Positions 57,370 through 64,000 of a stretch of 64,000 nt of DNA are shown here, one piece after another. The position numbers and the translations under genes are program-made. Location: contig OX597818.1 of assembly GCA_951406725.2 (NCBI GenBank), forward strand, positions 58,652,001 through 58,716,000. Reading direction: 5' to 3'. The first letter of the stretch is position 1, and every line of letters starts with the position of its first letter. The stretch is from Octopus vulgaris. Taxonomy: Eukaryota. Under the pieces are notes generated by a model, which ran no database searches, was not told the DNA's origin, and saw only the letters and a list, made by a program, of their open reading frames with translations.

Positions 57370-58029
57370 CACACGCATACATACATGCTGGTACATTTTT
57401 GTTGCATTCGATAAACCTCGATGCGGCATAAGTATTTTAAAGGAAGTTTCCTATCCGAGGAAAATGTCTTACTAATTGCGGTACCGTCTGATACTCTGAC
57501 ACGTGGCAATTTCCGATCAAATGGCAATCGGTCTAGACTGTTAAGGCATTTCAACTATTTAATTTAAAATCTCTCTGCAATATGAATCGAAACGAGAAAG
57601 ATAATTAATGAGATAAGGAGATGTACCTCATCGACTTGTTTTATACAACTATTAAATGACTCAATTTTAAAGCTTTGCATATAATGTCTCAGCCAATGAA
57701 TTGCGTGTAAAATGATCAACAATTTTCATAACAATTTAAAAGCTGCCCTTCCCTCGTAATTATATCTCCAAGATATAGACGAAACGAATTTGCTATTATA
57801 TCTTAATTGCAGCTGAAAAATACATTATCGATAAAAGATTTGTTTTTCCCGAGCTGACGAAAATTTATCAACAATTATGTAATGACTAAATATGCATTGT
57901 GTTTATAAATATATCCATATGCAATGAAAATTTTCTCATAGTTTCGTTCTGAATTGCTTTGCAAAGGAAACACTTGTTTTATCTTATCCTAAATAACACA
58001 CACACACACACACACACAATAAATACATA

Positions 58030-58076
<47 letters not shown>

Positions 58077-58424
58077 ACAACAAACACACACATAGACGCA
58101 CGCACACACACGAACTCACATACAAATTTATATGCATATCCATATTTATATGCGGTTGTCCATTCTTTATGCAGAGCTTGACAACCTCTTGTACTTACAC
58201 CTTGGGTCGCTCATGCCACCAGATGGGGCCTTTTAAGCCAGACAATATATTTTGAAACGACACACATAAATTGCACATCTACTTCGGACCGCCAAGAACT
58301 CCAGTTATGCTCTGTTCGTTTATATGTATATATGTATACATATACATATACATGTATATGCGTTTATATATTAATGTATATTCATCTATAAGCACACGTT
58401 TATCTTCTTTTATATGTTTAAACT

Positions 58425-59435
58425 CTAAGAATGTGGCCATGCTGGGGCACCGGCAGTGTTAACACCATTTATTTGGCCAAACGTATGTGATTGGCTTTTG
58501 GTGAAGAAGGAAATTCGACACTCCTGTCCTCTTTCGATTTTTCTGCCTTGATATTAGTTCATCTGCGACCTTGGATATCGAAAGTACAAGTTGTTTCTTG
58601 AAAACATCTACTCTCACGCCACGAGATCCCTCAAATATTTTGGTACGACGTTAAATAGCTGTGGGCCGTTGAATCCCAAGCTATGGTTCTCGCCTCAGAT
58701 GGGACATGTGGAACACTTCAGTGATGTCCAATTCAAGCTCTGGTATAATTCTTCATTCCAAAGTTTGGTGCCAGTTCCTCCGGTCTCTTTTACACAAATA
58801 TCACCGCAATCCTTCTCCCGTCTTCGCTCCAGGGAGTAGAGTCGCAGCTATTTCAGTTTCTCCTAGTTGCTCAGCTGTTGCATTGATGCAATCTTCCTTG
58901 TGTAACATCGCTGATCCGCCTCAAGTTCTGTTATTAATGCGACACTATAGGGTAACCACAGTTGAGAGCAGTAGTCGAGTCAGCTGAGGATAAATATACT
59001 CCATAGCACCATCATAGTTCCCTGGTCCTTTATTCTGAAGTATTTCAGAATCCATCCGGCGATTGACCTGCCCCCTGCCACCATTTTGGAGACATGCATG
59101 TGAAACGAAGCTTCGCTGCTCATATCAGTCTCAAAATCACGTATTTGATTCTGGGATTGCCACGCCTTTCGAGATCCAAAGTATTGTTGTGACTTCTGAA
59201 CACCAATTCGCTGGTGCCTGCATTAAATTGCATACTGTTGTCCTCAGCTCATTTATATATGGTATCTAGGTATTTCTGTAGAAATTTAGCATCAAATACT
59301 GCCTTGACTGCTTGTACTACTTTTGTGTCGTCAGCATATCTAGCAAGCGTGATTGTCTGTGTAATTGATGACATGTCTAAAAGATCCACCATGGAACCCC
59401 AATACTGTTCCCTGCGGCACTCCACTTCCTATTTT
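58425..59435 (-). mobile_element. Decayed CR1-group LINE 3' fragment (23.7-kb family)
   Basis: Minus strand has SGVPQG and YADDTKV, and the tail cggtgccccagcatggccac. Confidence 0.8.
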
Positions 59436-59691
59436 GATAATTTATTTATGCAATATTATATACAAAAACAGTTAAACTTTAATTCTAATCTCCATTTAAG
59501 ATTTTCGCGCAAACTGGCGTTGCTAATAGAGATGGTACGGAAACAAATGTAAGTTACAATTTAAGATGCGTTAAAGAATTGTTCTTGTACTCTTTTCATT
59601 GGATCATTTACTCTTCACCAAACCCAAATATACACATACATACATGCATACATACATACATACATACATACATACATACACATACATATAT

Positions 59692-59722
<31 letters not shown>

Positions 59723-59755
59723 CATCTCTCTCTCATTTTCTCTCTCTCTCTCTCG

Positions 59756-59855
<100 letters not shown>

Positions 59856-59867
59856 ATATCTATATAT

Positions 59868-61122
59868 ATCAGGCCGTCCAATGAGTTCTGTCCGATTTTA
59901 CCTTTTCTAAAAACTGAATGAAATTTAATAGTATTTTAGAATGTCTAATGGAAATTTAAAAAAAAGCTATTTTTATGCATTTGTGTACACTTAAACTAAT
60001 AAAATATTATTTTAAAGAATAATAGAATTAAAATGTCTTTGATTAAAACTCTTTCTAACGTGGAAGTATCCGAAGAGCACGTAAGGCACATAGTGATTTA
60101 TGAGTACAAAAATGAAACTCTGCAGCCGAAGCCATTCGAGACATACACTCAGTTTATGGAAAGAATGCTTGAATGAAAGAACTTGCAGAAGATGGTTTGC
60201 AAAACTCAGAACTGGTGATTTCAACCTTCAGGATAAAGATCGAACAGGACGTCCAGTTGAGTTTGATGATAAGCTCCTTGAGACATTACTTGAAGAAAAT
60301 CTTGCATTATTAGATGAAGAACTGGCAATAAAACTTAGTTCAAACCATGCAACTGTTCCTCATCATCTTCAACAACTTGGAAAGGTTCCTAAACTTGGAC
60401 AATGTGTACCTCATGAATTGTCCGAAAGCAACCGCAAATTTTGAGTTGACATCTGCTCTTCTCTCCATTCTTACAAACTCATTTCACCCTTTTTGGATAG
60501 ACTTATGACTGGTGACGACAAATGGATCTGCTATGGAAATGTTAAACGGCATAAACATTGGTTTGGTAAAAGGAAAAAAAAGCTCAACCACTATCGAGAA
60601 GAGAACGTCATGGGAAAAAGGTTCTTCTCTTTATCAGGTGAGATTGCAAAGGAGTAATTCACTTTGAATTGTTACCATCTAATGCAGGAATCAATGCTCA
60701 AGTCTACTGTCAGCAATTAGAGTGTTTGAACCAAGTTTTGAAGGAAACAAAAATACGCGCTTTAGTGAATCGAAAAGGAGTGATGTTTCATCAGGACAAT
60801 GCGTGAACCCACACTGCAAAGATCACATTACAGAAGATCGAGGAGCTTGGTTGGGAAAATTTCTTCCTCCACCTTATTCTCCCAATCTTACTCTTTCAGA
60901 CTAACGTTTGTTTCGTAGTTTACAGAATCATTTGTGGGACATAACTGACGTTAAAGAGTTCGTCGCATTGAAACCATAAGAGTTTTACATTGATAGGATT
61001 AAAAAGCTTGTAAACAGATGGAAGTAAGTCATAGATTATCAGGGAAAGTACATTGAAGATTAAATTTCAATTAATCATTTGATCACTTGTTTTCTTTATT
61101 GAAAATTCGGACAGAACTTATG
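59868..61122 (+). mobile_element. Mariner transposon, full-length and decayed; same family as 12612-13850
   Basis: TIRs gagttctgtccgatttt / aaaattcggacagaactta; ERTCRRWF, GDFNL, TGRP, VPHELS, TGDDKW, HQDNA and PPYSPNL motifs. Confidence 0.93.
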
Positions 61123-61170
<48 letters not shown>

Positions 61171-61836
61171 GTGTGTGTGTGTGTGTGTGAGTGTGTGTGT
61201 ACGTCTGTATGTGTGCATCCGTATATGTGTTTATACACGTTAGAATAGATGTACTTTCAATATCTTCTCCTAAATTTACGGTGAAAGTCACTAAATGATA
61301 ACCGTGATAGAAATCTAGATAAATGTAGGAGCGATGAGTCATGTGAAGGAATCAACGCTGCTCTGTAAATTTAAATTTAGAATTCTATTAAGTGCTTAGA
61401 AAGTTGGTAAATAATATAACACGACATATGAATATAAAAACAAATTAAATTGTTTAAATATCAGTTCAAGTGTGAAAATGGATTGAGAGGGTATTCGGTT
61501 TAACATTTTAATGAATTTGTTAAACTGAAGAATAAGATATTGTTTGTTTGTCTTCAGTTTTGTAAATAAGAGAGCTGCTGTTTGTTTAATATAGTCTAGA
61601 ATTAGTTTAATGTTGTTTAAATGGTGTATTTGTGTGTTCTGTATAGGCTTTGTTTGGCTGCGTTTGTTTACAAATTGATGTAGTCCTAACTACTTTAAAA
61701 ATATATGTTCGGCTTAGAACGTTCAGAAAAATAATTACAGCTCGGAAGACACACATTAGCCACTCATAATCGCACATTTATCGTTAATGGTATTGAAACA
61801 TTTATTATCTGGTGTCAAATTTTACGCTGCACCTAT

Positions 61837-62205
61837 GGATGGAAGCACTCCGTCGGTTACGACGACGAGGGTTCCGGTTGATCCGATCAACGGAACAGCC
61901 TGCTCGTGAAATTAACGTGTAAGTGACTGAGCACCCTTAACGTAGTTCTCGGGGATATTCAGCGTGACACAGAGAGTGTCAAGGCCGGCCCTTTGAAATA
62001 CAGGTACGACAGAAACAGGAAGTAAGAGTGAGAGAAAGTTGTGGTGAAAGAGTACAGCAGGGATCACCACCATCACCTGCCGGAGCCTCGTGGAGCTTTA
62101 AGTGTTTTCGCTCAATAAACACTCACAACGTCCGGTCTGGGAATCGAAACCGCGATCCAACGACCGCGAGTCCGCTGCCCTAACCACTGGGCCATTGCAC
62201 CTCCC
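61837..62205 (-). mobile_element. SINE family B, full length with 12-bp TSD
   Basis: TSD CGCTGCACCTAT at 61825-61836 and 62206-62217. Confidence 0.92.
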
Positions 62206-62449
62206 CGCTGCACCTATACCCACTAGGCCAATGTTTACAAATAGATGTAGCGTTAACTAATTTGAAAATATATATTCGGTTTACAACGTTCAGAAAAGTA
62301 ATTACATCTGATACGGCTCCACAGGTATTGGTTTGGTCGCGTTTATTGGAAACTAAATATTCTGATCCACAATATCGGCCGAAACCTGATACAACGGATC
62401 AGGTCGTATTTGGTTTGACGACATTTTACTACCAAATGGTATTCTCTTT

Positions 62450-62933
62450 TACTCTCTTTTACTTGTTTCAGTCATTTGACTGTGACCATGCTGGAGCACC
62501 GCCTTTAGTCGAGCAAATCGACCCCAGGACTTATTCTTTAGAGGCCTAATACTTATTTTATCGGTCTCTTTTGCCTAACCACTAAGTTACGGGGACGTAA
62601 ACACCCCAGCATTGGTTGTCAAGCACTGTTTTGGGACAAACACAGATACACAAACATACACACAGACACACACACACACACACATATATATATATGTATA
62701 TATATACATATTTATATATATATACATACATATATATGTATGTATATATGTATGTATATATATATATATATATATATATACATACATATATATACGACGG
62801 ACTTCTTTCAGTTTCTGTTTACCAATCCACTCACAAGGCTTTGGTCGGCCCGAGGCTATAGTAGAAGGTGCCACGCAGTGGGACTGAACCCGGAACCATG
62901 TGGTCGGTAAGCAAGCTACTTACCACACAGCCA
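62450..62933 (-). mobile_element. SINE family C
   Basis: Same structure as 13866-14250. Confidence 0.87.
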
Positions 62934-63189
62934 CGAAACATTTAAATGAAGTTACTAGTCTCTTTCTCATTCTTTAAGATCTAATATATATATATCTTCC
63001 CCTCTGTATTTTTTTAGTTTCAACCCACAGTCTCAGATCTATTCATATACCCCCCACGTACATATCTGGCAGTCTGAAATATATTCGTGTATTTGAAAGG
63101 CATCATATGTAACAGTTTAAAATGTCATTACAATATGAAATATAGAGTATGAAATTTAGATAACTCTAAAAATACATATTTTGTCATGT

Positions 63190-63905
63190 AAACATCTACG
63201 TTTAATACCAACATCGTGGCCGTATGATGATTCCTCCAGATAGTAGAGCTCACTTAAAGCATGCCCATACAGGGTAGTTCCTCTGGGGCACCCACGGGTC
63301 TTGATGCAAATACGAATCTATTTCCCTTCACGTTGTGTAAGTAGGGGTCTTCCTTGCAGGGCACTTAGATCTGGCGCCTAGAATTCCGTTTAAACAGCAG
63401 TCTGACATAGCTACATTGATTTAAATGATAGAGGAATATAAACTGAAAATGGCCTGGTCTCGGTCATCTTGAACGCGATATGCCTGGAAGAAAACAAATG
63501 AACTTGATTCAGTTTAATAAGAGCCGAAGGAAATGCATCACATGCGCACAACTTCTGAGAAACTGATGTTCAGCCATTTTGGGAAAACACTCCTGTACCA
63601 TGATGTTTCCCTGTCTGTAGGAATTGTTTCGCGCAAGGATTTCCTTATTTGTAATTCTATCTCAACCGGTGTCTTGGGGGATCTTTTGTAATGCTTTCTA
63701 TGTGATTTTACCACCTTCAATAAAATTTTGTATGTTTCAGCCATCTTACTATATAGCGGACACTTCATGCTAATTCTAATGAATATTATTGTTCCTATTT
63801 GATCCATACTCTGGTAAATAATCTCTCGTTGGACAATTCTAAAACTGAAAACATGTTCTATGCTGCCACGCCCGCTGATGACGCTGCGCATGTTCCAGAT
63901 CATTC
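63190..63905 (-). mobile_element. Decayed RTE-like LINE remnant
   Basis: GRGSIEHVFSFRIVQRE resembles the RT GRS..DHIF.LR motif; otherwise degraded. Confidence 0.4.
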
Positions 63906-64000
63906 TGTCGTAACAAGATGGAATATTTGCGTTGTGATATTAATTCATATGCATAATTACTGCAATCTCTGCAGTAAACTCTGAAATTGTTTCTTTCGTG

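Overview
AT-rich, repeat-saturated eukaryotic (metazoan) DNA with no convincing host gene. The repeat families and the extreme (TA)n/(TATC)n/(TAA)n load suggest a cephalopod such as Octopus; this is inferred, not verified. Most ORF-track entries are microsatellite artefacts. Protein-coding remnants all derive from transposons: a nearly complete but frameshifted CR1-group LINE ORF2 (23.7-26.7 kb), four further CR1 fragments plus a short CR1 tail, two R4/Dong-like RLE fragments, an RTE-like remnant, two decayed full-length mariner copies, Penelope-like (PLE) remnants including a GIY-YIG motif, and an ORF1/gag-only retroelement carrying a telomere-repeat MITE. There are three tRNA-derived SINE families and a non-autonomous Helitron. 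The most striking hidden signal is a dense, diverse set of about 12 type I hammerhead ribozyme (HHR) motifs with palindromic stem III, plus about 6 degenerate ones in tandem arrays. Two have perfect cores (20015-20100 and 29953-30021). They sit in fold-back or pseudo-LTR repeats and tandem arrays, show stem covariation, and include recurrent core variants (U4C, U3-A8, extra A). This points to a PLE/retrozyme-type self-cleaving RNA system. Element boundaries were read by eye and are approximate unless a TSD or TIR is quoted.
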